Assembly (NCBI GenBank): GCA_036867785.1
Contig: CP145410.1
Span: forward strand, 1,736,001 to 1,800,000
Direction: 5' to 3'
DNA: 64,000 nucleotides
Origin: Plasmodiophora brassicae
Lineage: Eukaryota
Below are positions 48,421 through 59,068 of this stretch, piece by piece. How positions within the stretch are numbered: position 1 is the stretch's first letter; each line of letters starts with the position of its first letter. The notes under the pieces were generated by a model, which worked only from the letters and a program-made list of their open reading frames with translations, did no database searches and was not told the origin of the DNA. Made by a program: the position numbers and the translations under genes.

Positions 48421-49669
48421 ATGAATGATGTCGGCATCGTCGGCGCGTTGTAGTACGGTGGCGTTTGGCATACGGCTATGGAGCGGGGAATATATTCACG
48501 GTTGCGCAGTGGCACGCTGCTGACGTGGGGGCTGACGGCGGTCGGGGCGGCCGGCATCCTTGTCATACCGGCGTCGACGTCGCCGGCCCGGCAACGCTGT
48601 ATTCTCGATGCGTCTTTCGGGTGAGGGTGCCGCGTGACCGTCCCCGGTCGACGCTAACCCTGTCTGGTCAGGTTCGCGGCTGGTATCATGACAGCGGCGT
48701 CGTTCTGGTCGCTGCTGCACCCGGCCATGGAATTGGCGCAGGCCACCGGCGCCTTCGTGTCGTGCCCCTACGTCCCCGTATCCATCGGGTTCATTCTCGG
48801 GGCCGCGTTTGTGCATTTGGCGGACTGGGCACTGAAGGAGTACCGATTTGACGGGATGGCGCCGTCGTCGTCGTCGTCGCCGGACGACGACAAGATCGCC
48901 AAGGCCAAGTCGCAGACGCAATGGCGTCGCACTGTGCTCATGTACTGTGGTAGTCCGCTATTGATACGTGATGCACCGTGAGTTCGCTTACCGATTGCGA
49001 TGCGGTGATCAGCGTGATCGCCATCACGGCCCACAACGTAAGTCGTATACACCGTCGTCCTGTGCTGAAACGACGTCACTGACGGGCCTCGCAAACAGAT
49101 ACCAGAAGGGCTGGCCGTTGGCGTTGCGTTTGCGACGATGCCGCTAGGTCGCGCGCGATCGCTCGCCATTGCGATCGGCCTTCAGAACATGCCCGAGGGC
49201 CTGGCGGTTTCGCTACCGCTGTACAGGGCCGGCGCGTCCGCCTGGAAGGTCCCGATACGGAACGCTCTGCGCGTACGCCCGTATCTGAGCGTTCGATGGC
49301 CAGGCGTTCTTTATTGGCCAGCTGTCCGGCATGGTTGAACCGGTGGGCGGGTTCCTCGGCGCGTACGCCGTCACGCTGTTCGAACCGATGCTGCCATGGG
49401 CGATGGCGTTTGCCGCTGGTAACGTTGCGTCGAACACCACCCGCGGGCCGTCCCTGTGGCTGACGTTGTCGTTTCGACTAGGTGCAATGATATTCGTTGT
49501 GTACGGCATTGGCGCACGGTACCGCGTCTGGGCCACGTTGCTGACTCGTGCGCCTGGCAGGTTCGACGACATTGTCCCTGAATGCTCGGCCGAAGGGAAC
49601 ACGCGCCTGGCATCATGGTTCGGCATCGGCGGGTTTGTGCTCATGACGGTCATGGATGTCATGTTTTAA
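48421..49669 (+). CDS. SLC39A11: ZIP-family zinc transporter (ZIP11/ZupT-like), multi-exon
   Basis: [70 protein letters not shown]. Confidence 0.9.
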
Positions 49670-49883
49670 CGCGACGTTGACTCATTATACACCTACCCTT
49701 TCAATCGGTAAGCCCCGCCTCCAGTGTCGCCGACACGGTGCACGGCGATGAGTGTTCCGCTTCGGATCACCGTCAGATCATACGGTACCGGTGGGAGGGT
49801 TCCCATGGCGGCGCTGATCGGAAGAGGATCGCTCGCGTACGGCTTCGTGTTGCCATTAAAATCTAACCGTCGTATCGTCCACG

Positions 49884-51649
49884 ATGGCCGGGGTGTCGAT
49901 ACGCGGCGTCATCTGCATCGTGTCGGCGGTGGTGACGGCCGTCGGCACGCTCGCCTTCATCGCCCACCGTCACCAGCGTCCGATTCGGTCGGTCATGCAC
50001 CGTCTCTGCAGCGAGTCGACCTCGCTGATACCCGCACCGGCGTTAGGTCCCTGTGGCCATTGTTCCTGTCGATCACCATGCCGCTCATTACCATCAGCAT
50101 GGGCGTTCTGGGCGTCGACTACCTGCCCTGCGCCAGGCAGGCCGTCCTCGACCAGGTCGTCACCGACGTCTCCTTCGTCGTCGTCTGCGTCTTCGCGTTC
50201 GTCATCTACCGTACGGCACACCTTCGTTGCCCTCGTCTATGGTTCGTTAACGCCCGACCAGGGACACGTCGTCAGACGCAGGACAAGGTTGAGTACGGCG
50301 GGAGCGGGTCGCCGAAACCATCTGTGAACCGTCCCGAGAACGTTCGCCGCTCGATCGGGAACATCCCCGAGCGCTCGTCCGAGTCGCGAAGCACGACGGC
50401 GAAGGACGCAGACGGCGCCGTGATCATGAACGCGCGCGAGTTCGCGAACGTGGCGGAAGGCGCCCAGATCGCTAAGCGGATCAAGACGAAAGCCGTCAGC
50501 CGTCGTGGCGGAATCGTCGTCAAGCGCAACACACGCCCTCGGCCGGTATCCGCTGCAGAAATCGTCGTCGTCGCTGTCGCGTCGCTCGTCATGGCGGCGC
50601 CGGCGATAACGAGCATCGTCCTGTCGGCGATCGGCGGTTCGACATCCTGTGGGACGAACGTGATCCGGGTGGTCGGCGTCGCACGTACAGGACTGGCCGT
50701 CCTGCTCGGCGGTGTCACGATCGCCGTCCTGCAGAGCAAGAAGCAGGTCAAGTCAGGCATCATGCAGTACATGGTGGGCGTGTGGGCGGCCACGGTCGCC
50801 ACCCTGATCGAGCAGGTCGTGTTCGTCGCGTTGCCGAACGTCCCCGCGGCCGTCCAGGCCCTGGTCCCGTACTTCACGCTGAACGTCGCGATTGTCGGGT
50901 ACTTTGTGTTCCTCCAGCTCTGGAAGCATCGGTCGGTTCCATCGTCGCGCCTTTGGGAGGTCGTGGTTGACTGGTGGCTCGACAGGTACATTGAAGTGCA
51001 GATGAGGGCGTTCCGGGCGGCACAGGACAATGGGGGTGCGGACCAGTTCGCGTCGTTCCTGAGGACGGACAGCGGGTTCGAGGCGTTCCGCCAGCACCTG
51101 ATCGATGAGTTCAGCGTCGAGAACCTGCTGTTCTACAAGCGGGTGGAGGAGTACAACGCGTTCGTGATGCAGTGCTCGCTGGAGGCGGGCAAGGATGTGA
51201 CGCCGGGCGAGGTCCTGCGCCAGGGGCCGGTCCTCGAGATGGCGTCGATGCTCTACTACGATTTCCTGCATCCGGAGGCGCCCCTGGCCATAAACTTGTC
51301 GTCGCCGTTGCGCGCCAAGTACAGCAAGATCTTCAGCCCCGTCGTGTACAGCGACGAGGGCATCGACTTCGACCACCTGGTCATCGAGTCCAACCTGTTC
51401 GACCCGGCGCGCGACAGCATCATCAAGCTGATGATGACGGACTCGTTCTTCCGGTTCAAGCGGACCGAGCGCGGCCAGCGCGCCTGGGTGGAATTCATGG
51501 CGCCCAAGAGCCGCATGTCGCGTCTGTCCAAGCACCTGACCACGAACCTGTCGTCGACGCTGCACCGTCTCCAGACGCGACGCGGCACGTCCCAAGATCG
51601 GGCCGGCGAGGCACACACGCCCACCGGCGGCGCCGGCAACGCGGTCTGA
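49884..51649 (+). CDS. 7TM-RGS protein
   Basis: Seven hydrophobic segments, the first followed by HRHQRPIRS; RGS box GFEAFRQHLIDEFSVENLLFY..FLHPEAPLAINLS..LFDPA..LMMTDSFFRF. Confidence 0.85.
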
Positions 51650-51689
51650 CGTTTCGTTCAATGAAGTCAACCGCTGGGTCAGCCGGCGG

Positions 51690-52492
51690 ATGTCACGTGA
51701 CCAAGATTTCAGCGAATGCCTTGACCCGCAGGCGGACCCATCGCACGTCGGCAGAAGCATGACGCTGCCCAGGAGGCCTGTCGCGAAACTCGTAGGCACC
51801 ATGTGGCCTTGGGCGGGCGCCTGAATCTGATCGAGGGCAGGGCCCCGCGCCGACTAGTCCCCAGGTGCGCACGCTGGTCGATGGGAACCAGGCCGATTTC
51901 GAGGAGATCGCGCAGCGTGTCACGTCGGAGCTCGAAAGCTGTGTGCCGCCTGCCGACAAGGACGTCGTCGTACGCACCGTCCTCTATCGTCTCGGCAAGC
52001 GCTTCTCGGAGTGCAACGACCGCATTATACAGGTCACGATGGTGGCTAGGTGCGGACCAGGGCCAGGCAGTGCTGACGGCCATCTGGTATAGATATGCAG
52101 CCAGAGCAACGAAGCGGCGCTGGAGGAGCCGCCGAAGAAGAAAGCGTGCCGGACGACAGGGTCGAACGTCGAACCGATGAAGAAGTGGTTCCTGGAGCAT
52201 CTGAACTACCCTTACCCGACGAACGAGGAGAAGGCCGTTATGGCGAAAGAGAGCGGGCAATCCGTGCGACAGGTCAGCAACTGGTACGTCAGCGACTCCC
52301 GATGGGTGCGCTCTGTGCTCAGCAATGCGCGGCAGGTTCATCAACATCCGCATGCGCGTCTGGACGCCCCTCGTCAAGAGCTATGGCATTGTCCTCGTGG
52401 AAAACGGCGGCCCCTTCGCACGGGAGCGCCACGTCCTCCCAGACGACGCCGTCCAGGAAATCCTGGGCCACTTCAAGCGCAACGAACCATAG
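51690..52492 (+). CDS. TALE-class homeodomain transcription factor (start uncertain)
   Basis: MKKWFLEHLNYPYPTNEEK..QVSNW, then after an intron FINIRMRVW. Confidence 0.85.
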
Positions 52493-52749
52493 CACCAACC
52501 AGGAGCCGTTCTGAAGGTGGGGACTTGAGGGCGGAACGTTCCCCGTGGGCGGATGCAAAACGTGAGCTAAAACAGTTGCACAAATGTACATGTTTTTTTG
52601 GTCTGCGAACGGTTGCGCACGGAGTCCGTGACGGAGTCCGTGGCCGATCGTGCCAAACGTCGTAGTGGCTGCGCCCTACCTGGAAGCTGATACCTCCGCG
52701 GAGGTCTCTCCCCCTCTCTCGGCAGGCGGCGCTCTAGTCCAGACTTATA

Positions 52750-54108
52750 ATGGCGGACGCGAACTCTGCGCGTCGTCGCCGTGCGGAGGCTGACCCGCCG
52801 TCGACGTCGTCGAAGCGGGCGCGTGGGCCCGCGGAGCCGCTCCGCCACGGGTTCAAGCTGAACGAAGACGACCTGAAATGCGTTGTGTGTCTCGAGTTCC
52901 CGGTGGGGACCATCGTCCAGTGTGCAAACGGGCACCTGCTGTGCACGGATTGCCATGAGCGCGTTGTGGAAGCATACCAGTGCGTGTGCCCGACGTGCCG
53001 CGTTAAGCTGTCCCGGGACCGCCCGTCCAGGAACCGATTCGCTGAATCCGTCCTCGCCACCGTCATCGTCCCGTGTGGCAACGCCGGCTGCCAGGAGCGC
53101 CTCGCGTTCGCCAAGGTGCATGAACACCAGTCGGACCTGTGCCCGTACCGCATGTCGACCTGCAAGTTCGCACCGCTCGGGTGCGACTGGCGCGACCACG
53201 ACCACAAGCTCAAGGCCCATCAACGCGAATGCACCATGCGACACAAATCCGTCAAGTCGATCCTGAAGAAGGTCGTCGAACGTGACAACAACATCAAGGC
53301 CGAAGAGATCCGGCAACGCGAACGATTCCAGGCGCAGATCAAGGTTGCCGAGTTGCTGAACAGCCGGTGCCGCGACATCTGCATTCGTGAGGTCGTCATC
53401 GAACGCGACGAGATCTGCGACATCGTCTGCAGCAAACCGTTCCGCGTGTTTGGCGTCACCATGTCCCTCGAGCTCGTCATCGACGAACCCGCGGTGCTGT
53501 CGTCACCGCCACCCGCAGTACCTCCACCTCCAGCAATATCGTCTGCTGACGGGGCGGAGGCTCCCGTAGAGCCACCTCCCGTTGTCGAAGCGTCGTCTTC
53601 GTCGGATTCGGGTCAGCAGCGCCCCGCGGATAAGTCCTCCGTCGGTCTGGTGCTGACGCAGCGCTCCCGACGCGTCAAGCGCATGCGCATGTCGGTCTTC
53701 CTGATGAAGGGCCCCGATTCCGAGATGACGTTCGCGCCCGTGGTCCAGAACGTGCACTTCACGCGCAGCAAGCGGAACAGCGAGAAGTTCCCGTTGCCGC
53801 TGACGGCGCAAGCCGCTCGCGACCTGTTCGAGATGGGGTCGTTGACGCTCAGGATCGGCATGGTCGACCGGCGCCGAGGCCTGTCAAGGTCGTTCTCGAG
53901 CGAAGGCGCCGACGCGCGTGACGACGGCGGCGATTCGATGACGAGCTCGTCGTCGGATGACGACGGGTTAATGAGCGACGACGGCGACGAAGGCGGCCCG
54001 GATCAGTACTACTCGTCCAGTGAGCCGGACAGCGAGGATCTCGACTGCCTGCACTTCATGGAAGAAGACGACGATAACCACTACAATGGATCCGGATCCG
54101 AGTACTGA
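52750..54108 (+). CDS. RING + TRAF/SIAH-type zinc-finger protein (CYHR1/ZFTRAF1-like)
   Basis: CVVCLEFP..QCANGHLLC..CPTCR..RNRFAE; CKFAPLGCDW..HQREC; acidic tail. Confidence 0.85.
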   Translation: MADANSARRRRAEADPPSTSSKRARGPAEPLRHGFKLNEDDLKCVVCLEFPVGTIVQCANGHLLCTDCHERVVEAYQCVCPTCRVKLSRDRPSRNRFAESVLATVIVPCGNAGCQERLAFAKVHEHQSDLCPYRMSTCKFAPLGCDWRDHDHKLKAHQRECTMRHKSVKSILKKVVERDNNIKAEEIRQRERFQAQIKVAELLNSRCRDICIREVVIERDEICDIVCSKPFRVFGVTMSLELVIDEPAVLSSPPPAVPPPPAISSADGAEAPVEPPPVVEASSSSDSGQQRPADKSSVGLVLTQRSRRVKRMRMSVFLMKGPDSEMTFAPVVQNVHFTRSKRNSEKFPLPLTAQAARDLFEMGSLTLRIGMVDRRRGLSRSFSSEGADARDDGGDSMTSSSSDDDGLMSDDGDEGGPDQYYSSSEPDSEDLDCLHFMEEDDDNHYNGSGSEY

Positions 54109-54158
54109 CGTATGCAGAAATATAAAATTGCACAGGAACGAAACGTGCCCTATGTTGT

Positions 54159-55094
54159 TTATCGCTGGGAGAGTCTGGATGCGACTAGGCGACGGGATTC
54201 GAGAGCAGGTGCTGCCGAACACGGTCGGTCCTGGCCAGATGTGCTGCTGTTGCCGCTATGAGCAATTACCCGCGCTGAGCTGGCTGTATGAGGGCGAACC
54301 GGCACTGCTACTGGGGTACCCGCGACTCGCAGGACGCTCGTTGGCGGCGACTGCCCTGGTTTGGAGGACGGCTGCTCGTGTAACTTGATTTCAGGCAGGT
54401 CGGTCTTTGATACGGACCTGACACACGTTTCGATGGCGGACCGCATCGTCCATCGCTTGGAGAAGACGTCGCAGAAGGCACGTAGTCGGGACAGGGCGGC
54501 GCGTGCCGATAGACCTGCCAGGCACCGCATGAGAAGGGCGGCAGCAGCCAGGTCCCATCCATCGTCAGTGGGGCAGCGAAGCAACAACGCGTGGTGCTCG
54601 TTCTTGATTATATCGTGAATGCTGTCCACCAGCGTTCTCTTGTCTGAAACACGGTACGGTATCTGCCTGATTGGCAAGCGACGCCCATCTGGGCTCGCTA
54701 CGGACGCCATTCTCGACGACCTGAAATCAGCAATCGCTCCGATATGTGCTAGATTAATGGATCGGCGAAGAGGCGTGCCGGCCTGGTGCAGTGAACAGGA
54801 CAGGGCAACTCGATCCGGGATCACCCAGAACAGTTCATGGTCTATCCGGAGCATCGTCAAGATCGCTGGCGCCTCTTTCGTCAACGCAGGGATTCGCGCC
54901 AGCGTCATTACATCGACAGAGGCGCCGGAGCAGGGCTTCCCATCTTTTGCCTGCGATTGGTTTGTCTTCCGAGCAACGGGATCAAGCGGAATAACATAAA
55001 GCGGAGGACCTGCTTCCGAAAAGGGTGGCGAGGATAAGCTTGAAGCAACAAGGTGGACCTGTTGCCATGCACGGTGCTGTCGCCGCGATGCCAT
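54159..55094 (-). CDS. Dual-specificity phosphatase-like protein with a degenerate active site
   Basis: FWVIPDRVAL..IGAIADF..LLLRCPTDDGWDLAAAALLM..LSARAALSRLR follows the DSP layout but lacks CX5R. Confidence 0.55.
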   Translation of the reverse strand: MASRRQHRAWQQVHLVASSLSSPPFSEAGPPLYVIPLDPVARKTNQSQAKDGKPCSGASVDVMTLARIPALTKEAPAILTMLRIDHELFWVIPDRVALSCSLHQAGTPLRRSINLAHIGAIADFRSSRMASVASPDGRRLPIRQIPYRVSDKRTLVDSIHDIIKNEHHALLLRCPTDDGWDLAAAALLMRCLAGLSARAALSRLRAFCDVFSKRWTMRSAIETCVRSVSKTDLPEIKLHEQPSSKPGQSPPTSVLRVAGTPVAVPVRPHTASSARVIAHSGNSSTSGQDRPCSAAPALESRRLVASRLSQR

Positions 55095-55300
55095 TATGTC
55101 AGTAACTGCTGAGTGCTGAGGCACACGCACGCCCAGCAGTGATGTCACGGCTGCCCTTCAACAGCGATCCGGTGCCTCTTCCAGGATCTGAAACTAAGCG
55201 CTCCAGCGGGCGCCCGCGTCCGATTGTTTAGGACCGCATGATAACATAAGGCTAGGTTCGGCATTGATTTGTTGAATCTTTCATGGGTCCTTGCTTAGTT

Positions 55301-56188
55301 TCACAGGGATTTTCGAAACTGCTGCCTGAGCGCGCGCCGGTCCTGTTCATCAATGTGGCCGAACTCCTCCATGGCGCGACGAACCGGTTGGGATGCTTTG
55401 ATGTAGACGTCCTCGATATCCTCCCGAAGGTGGCACACATTGTCGTAAGGCTCCATGGTGTCGCTCCAAGGGCCTTTCCACCGGACCCGATACAGAACCT
55501 GCCCGTTGTCGTCCAGTTCCGCACCGACAAGGGTATCCACCGTGTACGTCTTGCTAGTTGACGTCTTGGCCGGCGTCTTCGCGGACGCACCTTTGGTGCT
55601 CTTTTTCGCGGACGACGACGCGGATGACATCGACAGCTTCGCTGGACGCCCCCGGCGCTTTGTTGGCGAATGTATGACAACGTCGTCGGATGACGGGTTC
55701 GGCGGAGAAGGTAGAACGGGTGTGGCGGAAGCTCCAACAAGCGTCTCGACAATGATAGGTTTCGACACGAGCGGGGTTGGACGCTCCACTATAGTCGGTT
55801 TACGAAGCGGCGTAGCGGAAGGCGTCTTCGCCGGCATTGTCTTCGACGGCAACCCACCTGCGGGTGTTGCCAGCCTGGCAGTGGGTTCGCGGCGGCGCTT
55901 CCTTTGTGGGACATGCCACTGGTTCTCAAGGAGACCAGCAATGGCTGACTGGGACGACGACGGTTTTACCGTCACGGACGGTGGGCCTGGCGAAGGACCA
56001 CGCTCGAGGTATTTTTTAGCAGAGTGATGGCGGTCCAGCTCAAGAATAAGGTCGACCAGATCCCTGGTCTTATCCTCGGCGGCGGCCAGCTTTCATGGTT
56101 GCACCATCAGAAACGCTGACGTAAACGTGAGTCCCGAGAATCGCACTACCTTGAATGCTAGTTGCCCCACTTCCCGCCAGGCGTCCAT
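55301..56188 (-). CDS. AT-hook + C-terminal chromodomain protein
   Basis: KRRGRPAK; YTVDTLVG..LYRVRWKGPWSDTMEPYDNV; 5' exon MDAWREVGQLAFK|gtag..aag|LAAAEDK. Confidence 0.8.
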
Positions 56189-56499
56189 TGTGCGACGACG
56201 GTGGCGACAACGCCGCGACCACCACCGATGCGATTTGGCCCCGCGCGCCAATTCGGCACAATGCCGCGACGGCGATAATTAGATACAGACTCCCCACACT
56301 TGGAAGTTGGCGGAACAGGAGTGCACGGCGCACGTGTTCATGATCGCATAATCGCAGGTGACGCTGGTCGGCAACGGCAAGCTGTTGTTGCTCTGCGTCA
56401 GAGTGGTGATCTGCTGACCTGGGCGGCAAGATCGTTCGGAGATCTCGCCACGTCACCCTGCGTGCATGCAAGATGCCAGCGAGGTTGAAACCCTTCAAA

Positions 56500-57722
56500 G
56501 GGCGCCTTATAATGTCACCCGGGTGCAGCGGCCAGCCCCCCGGTCACCCGCCCGCCACCCTAGTAACGACCTGGCCGACAGCCATACCCACCACCTTCAG
56601 TCCCATATAGAACGGATGCATAATAACGACCTGGCCGACAACCATATGAAACGGACGGTATGCGACGTTTGGTGTAATATGAAACGGACAGTGTTGCGGA
56701 TTTCAGTGCCATATGAAAACGGACGATATTGCGAATTTCGGTGTCATATGAAACGAACGACGTTGCGGAATTCACTCTAATAAGAAACGGATATTGCAAA
56801 TTTCGGTGTCATATGAAACGCACCATGGATTTTCGAGCAGGCCAACGTAGCTGGTCCGGTCGGACGCACGCCAAATAGGGAAGATTGGTGCGGAAGCACA
56901 TAGCACGACAGACAGGTGACACCAGTCAGTCCGAGCAGCATTTGACGTAGCATCAGTTCAAGCGACAGGGCATGACGTACGTACCAGTCCGAGCAGCGGT
57001 GTGTGACGCATCACCAGTGCCTGCAGGTGATGTCACGCGTCATGTCGACCAACGTCGACGACTACGTGACACGTGCAAGTGACCGGTGTGTGTCCAGTCA
57101 TAATTCCCGCGCAGCATTTTCGGTGTCGTCACTCGTCACGTCTGCACACCGCGGCGGGGAAAAGACGCCGTCAGTCGTCAGATGGAGTGCAACGATAGAG
57201 ACAGCGTATGGAGGCGACAAGCGGACGAGGACTCGGAAGACTCGCGTCCTCATCTAGCAGTGACGATGATATTGATGAAGTTGTCACGGCCGGCTTGACG
57301 CTCAGCGAGCAAGTGCTCAACCCGCGGCCAAAGGTGGCAGCCAAGCGCGGATGGGGTGGCGCTCGACCTGGACGGGCGCCGAACGAAAACCACAGGCGAC
57401 TGTTGTATGCCCAGCTACTCTTTGATGATTACTGGGGCCCTGATCCGGTTTATGATGCCAATCGTTTTTCGACGGACGTTCCGAATGCCGAAGGCGCTTT
57501 TCGATGAGATTCACGAACGCGTGACCCGGTTCGACGAATACTTCCTGAAGAAAAATGATGCTCTTGGGGTAAGGACTGTTCTGTTCTACCTGTCGGTTGC
57601 GTTTATAACCGAATCTTCCTTAGGTTCCAGGGTTTACGTCCTTGCAGAAAGTCGTCTGTGCGGTGCGCATGCTCACTCCAGGTGATTCAGCACATGAGCT
57701 GGACGACAAATTCAGGTTCAGC
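56500..57722 (+). mobile_element. Truncated PIF/Harbinger-type DNA transposon: putative left end + frameshifted transposase 5' part (57208-57722)
   Basis: LFDDYWGPDPVY, frameshift, FRRTFRMPKALFDEI..DEYFLKKNDALG, intron, GFTSLQKVVCAVRML..ELDD; this is the Plant_tran-type N-terminus and the DDE core is missing. Confidence 0.85.
56604..56824 (+). repeat. Tandem 32-35-bp repeats with core (C/A)ATATGAAACG(G)AC, probable transposon subterminal repeats
   Basis: Core at about 56643, 56676, 56710, 56745, 56778 and 56810 (variant at 56604); 17-bp direct repeat taacgacctggccgaca at 56564 and 56624. Confidence 0.85.
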
Positions 57723-58136
57723 ACGGTGTCATGCAGCTGGAGAACCGTGTGGCATAGGCGCTCGACCGTGTCCTTCAGCGAGAAGACGTCCACGGTCAGT
57801 CGGGCCGCCACCTCCGGCTGAGCGTCTCGCAGCATGCTGTCCGGGATCGCGGTGATGTTCACTCTGAGAAACTCGACCAGGATCTCCCCTGACCATCCCA
57901 CGATGAGTCGTGCTTGCGATGAGCTCGGCTTACCGAGGTCAACTCTGAGGGGATGGTCAGAGGAGATCCTGGTCGAGTGTCTCAAGGTGAACATCACCGC
58001 GATCCCGGACAGCATGCTGCGAGACGCTCAGCCGGAGGAGGCGGCCCGACTGACCGTGGACGTCTTCTCACTGAAGGACACGGTCGAGCGCCTATGCCAC
58101 ACGGTTCTCCAGCTGCATGACACCGTGCTGTACCTG
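57713..58136. repeat. Inverted repeat, 187-bp arms (57713-57899 and 57950-58136), 50-nt loop
   Basis: Near-perfect reverse complement with a few substitutions. Confidence 0.97.
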
Positions 58137-58141
58137 CAGCG

Positions 58142-59020
58142 AGAGAACCGCCAACAGGCCCTCGCAATGGCTCAAATGCAGAGCGAGATCCTAGAGGTGC
58201 TGATCGATGTCTGACAGGCCTACTGCAGCGGCGCAATCGACCCACGATATCCCCGCTTCTTATGGCATGATGCGTCCTCGTTCGGGAGCGTGAGACGTTT
58301 CATGGTACGTGCAAGCAGAAGACAGACTACTACGCGCTCGCGTTCGACGACAACCGGCGCTTGGTTGCAATTTGGCGCGATGGCCGGAGAATCTCCTCTC
58401 TCCACTGGAATGTGGGAGGGCGTCGCCACCTGAAAAGCGGGCCCAGATGCCGTTTTCAGCAGCGCGTCAGCGTATCTGAATCGAACGTTCGATACGCTGG
58501 CTGACAGATACGAACACTTTGCTTCGGTTTCGTCTAGCCTGGGCGACCTCGATGGTCACGTGCATCGACGAACCAGGTCCCACTCTCTGTCGTCGATGCA
58601 CGTGACCACCGAGGTCGCCCAGGCTAGGCGAAACCGACGCAAGGTGTTCGTATCTGTCAGCCAGCGTATCGAACATTCGGTTCAGATACGCTGACGCGCT
58701 GCTGGAAACGGCATCTGGGCCCGCTTTTCAGGTGGCGACGCCCTCCCACATTCCAATGGAGAAAGGAGATTCCGGCCATCGCGCCAAACTGCAACCAACA
58801 AGCGCCGGTTGTCGTCGAACGCGAGCACGTTGTAGTCTGTCGTCTGCCTGCACGTACCATGAAACGTCTCACGCTCCCGAACGAGGACGCATCATGCCAT
58901 AAGAAGCGGGGATATCGTGAGTCGATTGCGCCGCTGCAGTAGGCCTGTCAGACATCGATCAGCACCTCTAGGATCTCGCTCTGCATTTGAGCCATTGCGA
59001 GGGCCTGTTGGCGGTTCTCT
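58142..59020. repeat. Inverted repeat, about 430-bp arms (58142-58571 and 58590-59020), 18-nt loop
   Basis: Near-perfect reverse complement; about 15 substitutions and 2 small indels counted by eye. Confidence 0.97.
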
Positions 59021-59068
59021 GTGTGGTGTCGACCAGCTGCGTGTCGGACATCCGCGGACCGTCGGGCG

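Noticed and set aside
56604-56824. CRISPR-like regularly spaced repeats
   Set aside because: The intervening segments resemble each other (ttgcg.atttc.gtg) rather than being unique spacers; the core is short, there are no cas genes, and the context is a eukaryotic transposon end
58142-59020. G:U-wobble bias in arm mismatches as evidence for the transcribed strand
   Set aside because: By eye about 7-8 mismatches favour the minus strand and about 4 the plus strand, too few to call; the Gypsy repeat also shows both directions
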